From positions 352,346,001-352,410,000 of the forward strand of contig NC_067400.1 of assembly GCF_016432865.1 (NCBI RefSeq): 64,000 nt of DNA, written 5' to 3'. Source of the DNA: Antechinus flavipes. Taxonomy: Eukaryota. Below are positions 1 to 13,700 of this stretch, in pieces; position 1 is the first letter of the stretch; each line of letters begins with the position of its first letter. The position numbers and the translations under genes were made by a program. The notes beneath the pieces are model-generated. The model saw only the letters and a list, made by a program, of their open reading frames with translations. It ran no database searches and was not told the DNA's origin.

Positions 1-1859
1 CACACTAAACTTCCATGATATCTTTACCCTCTCCTGTTTTCTGTTTCTCAGCTCCCCTTTGCAAGTTGTCTTCAGCTTTTAGAATATAAACTCCAGGAGG
101 GCAGGGGCTGTCTTACTTGCTTTTATTTGTATTCAGTGCAGGAACATTAGAAACAAAGTTTCCAGTGATGGGGATGCGATTCATTTGTTCTGATTTTATG
201 TGAAAAAAAAAAAAAACTGCAGGAAATGATTCTTCTAATTTGGAGTCAGAAAACATATTGCTGTGGGGCAAACTCATCCCCAAAGAAACATGTGCTGAGA
301 AGGCATGAAAGAAAGGGTTACTTCAAACAGTCACAATCTATAACACTAGCTACAATGCTTTAAAATCATGTAGCCTTAATTATTTGAAATTCTGAGCTAA
401 TGACTAGAACAGAAGCAGTTTCCTTACAGACCATTTTTAAAACTACCAAACAGACTGGTCTAATTAATCATGCCCTTGATATTTATTTTGAAACAAACTG
501 CATGTTTATTTATTGGTCTCAGCAAGACAAGAGACACCAACTTCTATGGAATTCTGCAGAATTCTTGCAATACAATTCACATCCACAACTTTTGAACTCA
601 ATTTTTTTTTCTTACTTTCCTCTTCCCCCATTTACCTTGAGAATTTTGAACTTTTTTTTTAATGACATCCTGTTAGGAACAACAACATGCAGGGAATATG
701 TACTTGATGCTGGGAGAGAGGAGGTGAAAATGTAATAATAATAAAAAATTCCCAAACACAGAAGAAAACGAAGAACGTCAATTAAATGTCTAATGGACAC
801 GGCAACATGAGAAAGCACTGCGCGTAAAGGGCCCAAATTCTCTCTGACAGATGGCACACAGTGCATGCTGCTAGTGGGTTAATGCTCAGGGGCTTGTTTC
901 CTCTCAAATACTGAAACAATAAAAATGCTTATTGATTTTAAAGAGCCAGTAATTAAGTATGACATCCGGACTGATAGAGGCTTACCAAAGCAGAACAGCC
1001 AAAATCTGCAGGGTCCTAAAATGCAAAGATATTTAACTGATTCAAATGTCATTTATAGGGAGTAGTACAAGCAGAGAGTATTCCAACTCCAAAGAGTTGG
1101 CTTGAAGCTTTAGCTAGTAATAGCTCTGTGTGTCATCTACAGAGCAAAAACCTGTGATCTTGGAGACAAACAATTGAAATCTTCTTTATGTTCACTTGCC
1201 TTGGGCAAGCAAGAAGAAATATCTGTCAAGATCCAGGTCTCCCTGTTAAGGCCAGAGTTGAGAAATGCACTCCAAATGCCTTCAAGTCAACATTAGCTAT
1301 GACAGAAGCAAGACTATTATTTAACAGCAGTTTCAAATGTCAAAAACAAACTGTACCTGGCATTTTGACAAGAGACTCTCGAAAGAGAACCACTTTTTCA
1401 GCACTTGTATAACGTGGGAGAGAACTATACAATTAATATCCCTGAGGTCTCATAATAGGCTTCCCAGACCACAAGATAGTTTTCTTCAAAAACACATATA
1501 ACACAGAGGCTACTAGAGAGGATGAGTAATTTAATTCAACTACTATGTTGTTTTGAGAGAGCGCCATACTAGGCACTAAGGGAGGTACAAAGATGAATAA
1601 GACTTGGGCCCATTCTTCATGATGTTCCCAATCTAGTTGGGGGAGGGGGGGGTAAAGATGCATTTTTATGTTTCACTATACTGCAAAGTAGAAAATAATT
1701 TAATTTTATTCACCAACATTATGTGACTATCACTTAAAGTAGGGGGCAGAGGAAATGTTCAATATCTGGTCCTCAGCCCTCTTGTCCTTTCCTGTCCTTG
1801 CTCCTTTGCTATGTCATCTATTTTTAAGTCCAGATCTTTCTATGCAGCTTGTTTCGAAA

Positions 1860-1975
1860 GAAAACTGGACTTGGAATCATTAGGAACTTAGTTTCAAGTC
1901 CTGGCTCTCTTTTTTAGTAATATAACCTTGGTAAAGTCAATTGACAATTCTGAGTTTTAGGTTCTTCATCCAAAA
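1860..1975 (+). mobile_element. MIR-type CORE-SINE fragment
   Basis: Degenerate core: ...gtttcaagtcctggctct...accttggtaaagtcaattgacaattctgagttttaggttcttcatc. Confidence 0.6.
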
Positions 1976-3689
1976 ACAAAAAACAAAAAACAGGAATGAT
2001 GATTCAGATTTGCATTTGTCTACCTGGCAATGAGGCTGTGAGGAAAGTTGGTCAGCTGGTCAACAAGTATTTGTTAAGTGTTTACTATGTTCCCTGCACT
2101 GTATCAAGTGCTGACGATATAAAGAAAGGTTAAAAAAAAAAAAAAAAAAAAAAAAAGGTCTTGCTCTCAAGAATCACACATTCTAATAGAAGAAACAACA
2201 TACAAGTAAGTAAATAGAAAACACATGTGGTAAAATTGGAAGGTAATCTCAGAGAGGGATGAACTAGCAGTGGGAAAAACAGGGAAAGCCTCCTGCTAAA
2301 GACAGAATGGGAAGCTTGAGGGAAGAAAAAGCTTTTTAAATTTAAGATAACATATAAATGTTACCTTCTGTTTTTATGCAAATGATTCCCAAATATGTAT
2401 TTCCTGGTCTGTGATTTTATGACCAGTCTGTCCCTATCCCCTTATTTCTACATGCCTACTAGATATCTCTATCTGAAGGTCCTCCAGAATCTCAAATTCA
2501 ACATGCTTAAAACTCTCTCCTCCTGCAGGCTATATTTCTCCTTATGGTCACCCTCACCCTCTTCTTCATCCATAAATCTTGTAATCTTAAAGTTATCTTT
2601 GACATTTTTTCTTTCTCACTTCTCACATAAAAATACTTGCGAAACTACTATTGTTTTAACCTCTAAAGTTGCTTTCAAATCTAACCCATCCTCTCAACAG
2701 ACCCAACTTCCCTAATCTCACCCTTACCAAATCTATTACCTTGACCTTATAATTACCTTATAATAATTCTTCTATTCCTGTCTGTTATCTCTCCAATTCA
2801 TCCTCCTGATTACTGTTTAAGTAACACCCTGATGAATTTCAGTAGAAATTAAATAAATAAATATTCTGTGGGGATTGCTTAACAAATAAAGAATAAACTC
2901 CTGATGATACCATTCAAGACCCTTCCAATGCAGTTCCAACTGCTATTATGTTGTGCTATAACTATTAATATAATGCTTTATTCCAAAGCTTTGTAAAAAA
3001 AAAAAAAAAAAGGCGGGGGGAGGAGATGTGGTAGTAAATAACAACTTATTGGGAAAAAATACACATATTTAAGTTTGATCTTTATGGTTATTTTCCCAAC
3101 ATTTTCTTAAGTTTGGACAATCAACAAAACAATAAAGCAAGTCCTGATTTGTGACTTTAACCAATTCTTGAGATATAAAAAAGCAATGCAAAATGCTCAC
3201 ACTGAAAATTAACAATTAGCTCTCATAAGCTATTATTGGTATTATTATCATTACATACAATGAGGGACAATGAGGATTTGAAGATACTACTGAAGTTACA
3301 AACTTGGATTGGTAGAAGGATAGAGATACTCTATAGAGAACTAGGAAAGTCCAGAAAAAGGGTAGATTTGGAGGGAAAGATGAGTTCTTTTTTTAGATAT
3401 ATTGACTTTGACTTTTCTATACAATACCTAGCTTAAGATACCTGGGGATAGATAGTGATACCAACTAGAGAGAGACAAGAGCTAGATATTTAGGGCTGGA
3501 AATCATCTACATAATAACTACCTTAAGAAGACAAGAAGTAGATGAAGAATCAGCTATGGCAGCAGTGAAGGAGGCTAGAGAGGAAGAAGAATATAAATAT
3601 AATAATATATTACAATACACATAAAAGAGGAAAGGAGGTTTAAAATGATAAATAAGTGAAGAGAAAATGAGATTGACATGGAATGGCGA

Positions 3690-3862
3690 ATGAGTATTGG
3701 ACTTAAAACCAGAAAAATCTCAATTTGGATCCTTACTTAGATACTCACTGCTGTTTAACTTTAGGCAAATTATTTAAAATCTTTGTGTCTTTTTTTCCTC
3801 ATATATAAAATGAGATTAGACTAGATGGCTCTAAGGCCCTTTCCAGCTCTCAATCTATGATA
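3690..3862 (+). mobile_element. MIR3/Ther-2-like SINE
   Basis: CORE plus the characteristic tail ctagatggctctaaggcccttttccagctctcaatctatgat. Confidence 0.65.
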
Positions 3863-4524
3863 CTACATGGATTTTGTGAGGAAAATTTGCCCCCAAAGAT
3901 GAATAATCCCACACAAAACTTTTTTTTTCTTTGATTCCCTATACATGCTGACTGCTCCAGCTATAGGAGTATTTACTACCTAAGTCTGTTGTCTTGGTGC
4001 ATTTATTCAAGTTGTTCCTTATGTAATGTGATTTTGCTTTCTGAGGCAGATTCCAAAGCCAGAAGACCAAGGACTCATTTGAACAGAAGCCTCAAGGTTA
4101 GGGGACCTCAAAATCACATTACATCATTCCCTTTACCAGGAAAATCCTTCATCTGAACCCTTTACTTTCTTCAAGATCTTGTCCAAGTGGCCCACATTCT
4201 GTTCAGTCTTCCACAACACCCCAACCTACAATATCCTCTCCTTCCAAACTCTTATAGCACTTATTGTTTGCACAACTCATTTGGAACTTATATATTGCCT
4301 TATACTGTGATCTTTTTATAGATACAGCATGTCAATTCAACAAACTTTTGTTCAGCATCTACTCGGAACAGAATAATGTGATAGCCCCCTTTCCAGAAAA
4401 TAACCTCTACCAAGGCAGATAACATGTCTAGGTACTACTTATACTCCCTATAGCACAGAAAAAGTTCTGCTCTCCTCTCTTCCTACCTTAGCTGCCTACT
4501 CATTTTGAAACTTTCCTCAATGAT

Positions 4525-5160
4525 ACCACTACACACCTCTCAGATTGGCTAAGATGACAGGAAAAGATTATGATGAACGTTGGAGGGGATATGGGAAAAC
4601 TGGGACATTGATGCATTGTTGGTGGAATTGTGAATAGATCCAATCATTCTGGAAAGCAATTTGGAACTATGCTCAAAAAGTTATCAAACTGTACATACCC
4701 TTTGATCCAACAGTATTACTACTGGGCTTATATCCGAAAGAGATTTTAAAGAAGGGAAAGGGACCAGTATGTGCCAAAATGTTTGTGGCAGCCCTCTTTG
4801 TAGTGGCCAAAAACTGGAAATTGAAGGGATGCCCATTAATTGAAGAATGGTTGAGTAAATTGTGGTATATGAATGTTATGGAATATTATTTTCTATAAAA
4901 AATGACCAGCAGGATGAATACAGAGAGGTTTGGGGAGATTTACATGAACTGATGCTAAGGAAAATGAGCAGAATCAGGCGATCATTATACACAGCAACAA
5001 GACTATAAGATGATCAATTCTGATGGACATGGCTCTCTTCAACAATGAGAGGATCCAAATAAATTCCACTTGCTCTGGAATGAATAGAACCAGATACACC
5101 CAGAGAAGGAACACTGGGAAATGAGTGTGGACCACAACTTAACATTTCCGTTCTTTTTTG
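4525..5160 (+). mobile_element. 5'-truncated marsupial L1 (ORF2 C-terminus + 3'UTR)
   Basis: Translates to TPLRLAKMTGK..GTLMHCWWNCE..WKAIWNYAQK..IPFDPTVLLLGLYPKEI..KMFVAALFVVAKNWK..WLSKLWYMNVMEYY, the L1 ORF2 C-terminal region, with stops and a frameshift. Confidence 0.9.
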
Positions 5161-6224
5161 GAAAGAAGTCTAAATGGCAAACAGAGGAATTTATATTTGA
5201 CCCTAGGAATAAGGAACTTTTTTAATGGAGAGGAAGAAGCGGAAGGGTCAGAACTGTGTTTTAGGAATTGCCAAATTCTGAAATAAATCAAAGCTATAAG
5301 TTGAGGAATAAAATGTCCTTAATTGAGATAACAAAATGCTGACCTGCCATCTCACCCCCTCTCCCAGGGATGTCCAGTGTATTTCCCAACCAAAGAAATC
5401 CATGAAAAACTTTTTATACTTTTAGGAGAAAGTGAGGTAAAAGGTGAGGTAGCAAGTTCTGGTCATGAGATCTCAGTGGCCTTGGTAACTGGAACAAGGA
5501 AAGACATTTCATGCTGGTTGTTTTCCCCTTCATGCCATGAATCCCAATAGAAAATGAAAAGAATATCAGGAACTGAAATCCAGCTGAGTTGGGATCCCCA
5601 CAGGGGATGGATGGTGGGGGAGGGATGGGAAGGTTGAGGGGCAGGGAGAAATATAGTGGGTATTCAACTTAAGAGTAACTATCATAAGAGCAGGAATGTA
5701 AGGATATTACTGAAATTCTGATTTAACAAGGATAATTTTAGGGAGTAGCAGTACATATTACATTTGGTATTAACAATTTTCTGTCATAATACTCAAATTC
5801 TTTTACTCTGAAATTCTTCATTCTAACCATAATTCTATCCTGTGTATCTTTCCCATTCCCTTACTTTGGCCTTGAGTTCAGGACCTCAGGTGAATAATCC
5901 TCACCTATTATTCTCCAAGTTCATCTCCACTTTTCAGATTTCTTTACACAGTTCTGAAATCATTGTCAACTATTTCAGCCATTCATTCATCTTTGAATCC
6001 CTTCCCCTTAACATTTCATCATTTCTACTGGGCCAGTTTTGAAACTGGGGTGATTCTCATTATTTTTTGCAATCCTATTGAAGAAAGTCACAAAATGTAT
6101 TGAGTAAGTCTGTTATAATTTCATTTTAACCTCAGGTTTAGTTGCTGCTTTTATTCATCTCTTTTAAATTCTATATCACATACCATGCTTCTTTCTGTTT
6201 CCTATAATCGCTTGTGGTTAGAGT

Positions 6225-6398
6225 TCTAAGCTTGGGAGTTAGAAGACCTGAATTCAAATTCTGCCTCAAACACTTACAAGCTATCATGATCAAGTCACTT
6301 AATCTCTCTCATCTTCAGTTACTTTATGTGTAAAACAAAAGGTTTGAACTAAATGCCTCTAAGATCCTTTCCAGCTATAAATCTATGATTCTATGAGC
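6225..6398 (+). mobile_element. MIR3/Ther-2-like SINE
   Basis: agaagacctgaattcaaattctgcctc...aagtcacttaatctct...ctaagatcctttccagctataaatctatgattc. Confidence 0.7.
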
Positions 6399-7209
6399 TT
6401 ATGTTCTTTCCTCTTCCTCCTCCAAGTGTAGCATACATATACTCTTAAATGAACTTACTTACTACTTTCTTTCGTCACCTCAAAAATGTCTGTCTTCATC
6501 TATAGTTTTACCCAAGTGGCCTGCTCACCAAGATTTTTTTCTCTACCTGTGTACCTTTGATCATTGACACTGGCTTACAATCATCAATTTTCATATTTTC
6601 TTTCTAAAGGTTCAGATATGACTTCCTCCAAAAATGTTATCTAGCATTGAGAGGATGTCAAAAATATGCTGATATGTGTTCACAAACCCTAACAAAACAA
6701 CCAGTACAAATTTCATGGTGATGTCAAGGGGAAAAGCAGAATGAAATGATGCATGTAATAAAATACTATTTTATACAGCAATTTTAAAATAATATTCCCT
6801 TAGTCATTCAAAAAATTATAATTAAAATTGTTTAGAGTAACTCTGCCAAGTTTCATTCCATTTAATTTCTATCATCTGCTGTCTCTCATGGAGCAAAGTC
6901 ACAGTTGCTTCAACTATGAAAGCTTATTTTACCCCAAAATATAATTTTTTTTAAAAATTCAATGGATATTCTGCTCTTTTCAGTTCTTGTTAGAATAATT
7001 ATATTGTTTCATATTCTTCAAGAGATTAAATATAATTCAGGCTAAGAACAAAAACATATCTTCAAATCCAATATGATTAACACACTACTATTTCCATAGT
7101 TTTCAGGTCATTTGTATCTGTCAGTTCATTTGTGAAATTAATCCAAACATGAAATTTCCACATCAAATTATCCTGAAATATAAAACAGAATCTTTAAAGT
7201 TGTAATATT

Positions 7210-7392
7210 TAGATCTGAAGAGAGATTATTTAGTCTAAGCTTTTCATTTTACAAATAAGGAAACTGAGGCCCTGAAAGGTTATATACTTTTCCTAAGGTA
7301 AGACGGGTACTAAGTGTCAGAACCAGGATTTGAATCCAAGTGTTTGGCTTTCAAATACAACCTGCTTTCTTCACTGTACTACACTGCCTCTG
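7210..7392 (-). mobile_element. MIR-type SINE
   Basis: cattttacaaataaggaaactgaggccctga...aggatttgaatccaag. Confidence 0.7.
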
Positions 7393-9365
7393 ACAACTTG
7401 ACTCTATGCCATGCCCTTATACCGCTATGGGATGATACTAAAAACCTCCCTTTTAGTTGAACTAAAAAAATAATAAAAATATTATTTTTTCAACCTATAA
7501 CTATTTCCAAATTTTTCCCTTTAGGAAATGTACAAGTCAAAGAAAAAACAAAACAAAACTAACACTTTGGGAAAATGGAATGAATGGTAACCAAACTTTA
7601 AAAAAATACTACTTTTCTATTATAGATTATTATTTTTTCCCATTCTGGTATGTTTCAGATATTGATCACAGAGAGATCCCTTTAATTATTCCACTTAAAA
7701 GAGATGGTCAAGGAAGTAACTGATTAGTTACTGTTAATATGAACTAATATTGTTATATATTACTAAGAACAAAGAATGATAGTTGGTTCTATTTGAAGGA
7801 ATAAATGTTAACATTCTCTCAAACATTCTCTCCCTAGTCTCTCTCTCTCTATATATGTGTGTGTATGGTATACACATAAATACTTGTACATACATATATG
7901 TACATGTACACACATATGTATGCACATACCCCTTAAATTGTCATGGATTAGGGAGATGTCTGAGGCCATATGAGAACTTTGTGAGTTTGAACCATTTTTT
8001 TCCCCCAAGATAGAGATATTTGGATTTAGAATACTAAATTTGTTTTAATTATTTCTGGTGGATGTTTCTAAAATACAAAATTATGTATTAATACTTTTTC
8101 AACAGCCTAAACAGCTTCAGTTAGTAAACCCAATCCCCAAAACTCAGTTCAATAAACTGAAGCAATGTAAAATATTTTAAAACCATTTTTGAGATGCTAA
8201 CTTGTGTTTTTCTAGGAACTATCTAACATTCTTTGGATCTCAAGTGTTTAATTCTCTTTTTTGAAAGTCACACCCTTTTCAAAAAGGATTTAAAGGTTTC
8301 TTGATATCTTCTTTGTCTCATTTGTTCTAGATTTCTGTATAGCCTTTTGTCACTACTGACCATCTCTTTATCTTCTCCATTGGCTTCCTCATGGTTCTCT
8401 TCTAATTTCTCAGGACTACTTTTTCTCTTTCTTTGGTTTCTCTTTGTTCTATCACAAATATAAAGGTGTAGAGGGCTGAAACTCCAAAAAGGTATGCTTG
8501 AATCAGACAAGAGAGCACTTAAGACTAATTACCTATTCGATGTGAGACAATGACTCTATTAGCATATATTTGGATAAATGGCTCTTCTCACAGTTGGTGC
8601 TTGCTGAATGTTTGTTGTTAATCATAGGCAAGGATTGGAGTGTGGAGGGAGAGAGGCCAGAGGCGCTTGGCAGCAGGATGAAGAGGAGAGAAGATGGTGA
8701 CTCTGGATTCCAGAATCCAGGATTTTGCTTGGCTGCCTCCTTTACTTCTCCCCCTGAAGACCAAGGACTTTAATTTATCCTGACTCTGGCTAACCCCAAG
8801 ACCTTCCAGGGAGCTAGTCTGTACTTTACATAAAGGCATATCCTACAGCTATCTTTGCCCCTCTTCTATGTTCTTTGGTGCAAATCTATTCCCACTAATT
8901 TAACAATTATCTTTATACCAAAAACAAATCTGCACAACCTGCCATAACGTTTTCCTCTGTATTTCAGATCAAATAACTTCTAGACTACTAGACATCTCCA
9001 CTGGGCTCATCTCAAACTAGACATATCCCAAACCAAACAATTCATCTTTTCACCAACCTGACTGCCTCTCGCAGATTCTGTTAAATCACCTCCATCTTCA
9101 CAGTCACCAAAATCTTGAATCACCTCTCAGTCACTCCTCTCCCTCATCTTCTCACAACAGACCTATTACCCCTGCTCTTATCTCAGCATTTATTGTTTCC
9201 CACTCCCATTAGAACCAACCTAATCTCAGGACCTTCAATTCTAGACTATTACACAAACTTCCTTGCTTACCTAGTCAGTTGTATATAAGATTGCTAATGA
9301 TTTGTGTGTGTGTAGGGGGGGGGGGGGATTTCCCCTAATGGAGATCCAATTAAAAACAATAACAC

Positions 9366-9516
9366 TAGGGGAGAGCTAGGTGATGCAGTGGATAGAGCAC
9401 CAGCCCAGAAATCAGAACCCAAGTTCAAATTTGGTCTCAGACACTTAACACTTCCTAGGTATGTGACCCTGGACAAGTCACTTAACCCCAATTGCCTCAG
9501 CAAAAAAATAAAATAA
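9366..9516 (+). mobile_element. WSINE1-like young marsupial SINE with A-rich tail
   Basis: ggagagctaggtgatgcagtggatagagcacc...agtcacttaaccccaattgcctcagc + A-rich tail; flanking direct repeat AATAACAC at 9358-9365 and 9517-9524 (probable TSD). Confidence 0.85.
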
Positions 9517-9819
9517 AATAACACCACCACTCACTTGCTCAGTTAACTAAGCAATTAAGCATTTATTAAGTTCTTACTATATGACATGCACTGTGTTTGG
9601 TGCTAAGGATACAAATACAACCAATGAAACAATCTTTACTTTACTTTAAATCTTTACTTTATGGAAATATAAAGAGAATTTTTAAAATACAGTGAAATGC
9701 TAGGTAAGTTGAGAGGAAGAGCACCTAATAATACCCTCTTTTCCCTCCCCCTCCATGTTATCCCTTGATAATTAAAAATGGAAATGTGATTTAATTCAAG
9801 ATGACTGGTTATCCAATCA

Positions 9820-10750
9820 CATTTTAAAAATATTTTAAATATTTTTTCCAATTACATGTAAAGTGAAATGTCTACATTTCTTTTTTAAAATGTTATGTTC
9901 CAGAGTCTCTTCTTCCCTCACCACCTCACTGAGAAGGTAATTTGATATAGATTATACATGGGCATTCATGCAAAACATTTCTGTATTTTAGTGATGTTAA
10001 AAAGAACCACCACTACCACAGACAAAAAAAAAAAAAAAAAAAAAAGAAAAACTTTTTTAAAAAAGTATGCCTCAATCTGCATTTAGACTTCATCATCTTT
10101 CTTGGAGGTGGATAGCATTTTTTATCATGAATTTTTCGGAATTGTCTTGGATCACTGTATTGCTTGAGAACACCAAAGTCATTCACAGTTGATTGTCATA
10201 CAATATTGTTTTTACTTTGTACAATGATCTGCTAATTTTACTCTGAATTTGTTCATTTAAGTCTTTCTAGGTTTTTCTGAAGTCATTCTATTTGTCATTT
10301 CTTATTGCATAGTAGTATTTCATTAAAATCATATACCACAACTTGTTAAGCCATTCTCCTGTTGATTGGGTTTCCCTTCAAATTCTTTGTCATCACAAAA
10401 AAGATGCTATATTTTTACACAAAGGTCCTTTTCCTTTTGGTGGAGGTGAGGAGATGGCGAATGGGAGGGGGCGAAGCAATCTCTTTGGGATACAGACCTG
10501 ATAGTGGTATTTCTGGGTCAATGGGTATGCAGTTATGTAGCCCTTTGGATATAGTTCCAAATTGTTCTCCTGAATAGTTAGATTAGTTCACAACTCCACC
10601 AACAGTGTTTTTAGTGTCCCAATTTTCCCACATTTTCCACATCTGTCATATTAGCTAATCTGATAGGAGTGAGGTGATAACTCACAATAGGTTTAATTTA
10701 TATTTCTCTAATGAATAAGGGATTTAAAACATTTCTCTTGTCTGTAAAGA
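9820..10750 (-). mobile_element. old marsupial L1 3' region
   Basis: Typical reverse-strand marsupial L1 3' sequence (ccaattacatgtaaa...ggaggtggatagcat...ccattctcctgttgattgg...ctaatctgataggagtgaggtg). Confidence 0.7.
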
Positions 10751-13700
10751 GCTTTGGTTTTTTCATTTGAAAATTTCCTGTTCATATTTATCAACTAGTT
10801 TCATATGACCTTAGCATGTTCTGTAAGTAATTTTCAGTACACTTCCCATCTCATTTATCATGTGCACTTATTATAACCCCTTTCATCAAGATTAGTACTT
10901 GAGATTGATGTTATTTTTAGAGGCAATCTAATCCTAACCTCTCGAAAAATGCATTATTCTATAGACAAACTCTTTGAATATAGGGAGTCTAGTCTTCAGG
11001 CAACAATGAGCAATCTGTCATTGGTCCATTTTCTTAAAAAATTAAGTTAAAAAAAAGTTTTTTTTTTTTTTTTTATCACTGGGCCCATATTTGATGAAAA
11101 TTTCTTTCTAGTTTAGCTGAATCTAACAGCTTGAAAAATGTTGCTCTCAGGTGACCAGCTCTTCAAAAAAACAAAGGTCACTTCTATGACATGATAACTC
11201 ATCAATATAGGCATTTAATGAAGGAATTCTTATATTAAGATAGTCTTAGAAAACTAGAAAAGAGAATGGAATAACAAAAATGCTAAAATACCTTCAAATA
11301 GTCTTGATGTTCCCCTAATTTTGCTTGTTAAAAAATAATGCAAGTCTGAAAAAAAGCATCCATTTTGAACATAATTCAGTAGCAATAAAAATCATGGTTG
11401 GGAGTGCATTCTGAAAATCATGGCACATACTGTAACAGTTTAAACACTTTCAGATTATTTTTCAATAAAGGCTAAACCCTTCTTCACAAAGAAACATTGT
11501 GTGATTGGTGTCATACTGTATTTTTAAAGTTACAATTGTTATTGTACAACAATTTAAAGGATTTGTGAGAAGAGTATGACAAAGTTACACCTTAGCGAGA
11601 TCAGAAAAGAACAACAGTGAGTAGCTCGGTGGTGATTCTAGTAGAGAGCAATAGATGCCAGCAGAGATTAAGTCCAATAAAAATTCCAGTTCAACAGAGA
11701 AAAGAATCCTCTGGATAATGATGTTACCTGAGGACACAGACGGTTCTCTGAGGAAACAAAAGAATATTGGAGGTAACAGAGTTAATCCAGCTGAGAAGCC
11801 ATCTAGAAATGAGTTCTGGTTTCATGTCCCCTTTCCCACTGGTAGTATCATGAATTCTCACATCCATGTACGTGTAATGCAGATGCAAAGAAGTCTATTT
11901 TCTCTTATTTTTGCTGGTATTTGCTTTGAAATCATGTGTCTGGTTGGCCTAATAAAAGAAACCCATTGATGGAGGCTTCTATGAGCCATGGTTTTGAGCA
12001 GATGCTAATTCACATGCTTTCAATCTGATGGAACTTCTAGGGAACCCAGGTGTAAGGAGCAGCCCAGTCTTCATATACTTTATTCCACTTTACGAAATTT
12101 ATCATCCAGTTCTACTAGGTTAACTTGCTTTGCACATTATATACCATCTGCCATCTCTGAACCTTTAATCCAGCTATTCCCTAGACCTGGAAATCTCTCT
12201 CTACAGTTCTGCTTCTTAGAATACCTAGCTTCCTTCATGACTCTGCTCAAAGATCATCTTTGTCAGACACCTTCCCCCTGAGGTTACTTTCCACTTACTG
12301 TGTATGTCTTGTAGATATGAGTTATTTCTGTAGTGAGGGACTAGCCACTTGAGCCCAATCCTTCTGAGTATGTGCAGGATGCTACTAATGCAATTCTGTG
12401 CACTGAAGGGGCTGGGGAGTCTGCTTCCAGGAGAGTGAGGACGACACATAACGAAAGTGCTCTGGAGAGGTTTGGAGCATGTTCTGTGGTCGGTGCTGGG
12501 CTGTTAGTCACATGGGTGAACCAGCCTGAATAACTGAAACTGGAGGGGCATTCAAAAGTCACTAGCTGGCCTCATCTCTTTGGTTTGACTTCTGCCAGCC
12601 TGGAGAGACAATACTGGAAGGAGAGAGGCCTTGGGTCCTTCCTGTTAGGCAGATTTATAGCCTGTGAAGATAGGTCTCCACTCTTGATTCTGAATTTGTT
12701 CTTTCATTTTAAGAAAAAGAGAATGAAGGTTACAACCTTGTGAGTTTCAAAAAGTCCCAAAGTCTAGGCCAGGTTCTGCAGCTAGCTTTAAGACCTCAAA
12801 GAATGACCTTCAAGAAACACAGCTCCACAGCCTTAGAGACAAGGGCTTCAGCAGCTTTGTGATATGTGAACAGGAATCTGGTAAGACTAAGGCTATGTAG
12901 AAATAATGGGAAGTCTGAGCCTACTCTCCCCAAGTAGGAGATAATATAGGAAAGTGTCCCACAAAAGAGGTGGGGGGAGAGACCATTTATACTTTAGTTC
13001 TTACTACCTCTTCTGAGATTTTTTTTTCTAAAAGCAAATAGATCTTAAACAAGAGGAATTGGTGGCTAACAGGGAGGGAAACACAGCTAGAATGAAAGAT
13101 CAAGCTTATAGACTTAAAAGAAATTCTAAAACCTCAAAGTTATCTCCAAAATCTTGAAGCGGTCAGGAAAAATATTTGAAACATTTCAAGGATTATTTTT
13201 ACCTCTTTATTTGTAATTCCAAAACTAAAGCTGTGCTCATGGCATTTAGCACCTGATTGAGTGAAAATTAAACAACTGCCCTTGTTTCTATAACATTTTA
13301 CAATTTACTTTCCTCATAGTAGTCCTTTGAAGTAGACAGGGAATTGGCCACATGTGACTTCTATACTTCTCAAATTTATAGTATTCGATACAGACTTCTT
13401 AAAATGCCCTTTGCATACTCTTACCTTTCAGCCAAATTCAATTAGTGGTTCTCCAAATGCTATATCCCATCTCAACCTGTTTTCCCACTTGGAATGCCCT
13501 TTCTCATCTCTGCCTCTCACAATCTTCTCTTACCCCTACCCCTACTCTCACTTACTTGTTAATAGTCTCTCCTTCTTCAAAGGGCCTTATATTTATTTCT
13601 CTGTGCATCTGCTGTATTCTCCTAGTAAAAGGGAAGCTCAAGGGCAGAAGGGTTTACATTTTGTAATTGGTGCAGAATTGCACCAGAATGCAATTGGTGT

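Noticed and set aside
612-866. 84-aa minus-strand ORF with a hydrophobic stretch, and a possible 34-nt micro-exon at 669-636 (ctaacag|...|gtaaat)
   Set aside because: No recognisable homology and no partner exons; the composition is explained by AT/homeobox-like non-coding sequence. Kept only as a candidate enhancer.
8703-8720. Short palindromes such as CTGGATTC-ca-GAATCCAG and AGAGTATACTCT (~14385)
   Set aside because: Arms of 6-8 bp are expected in 64 kb.
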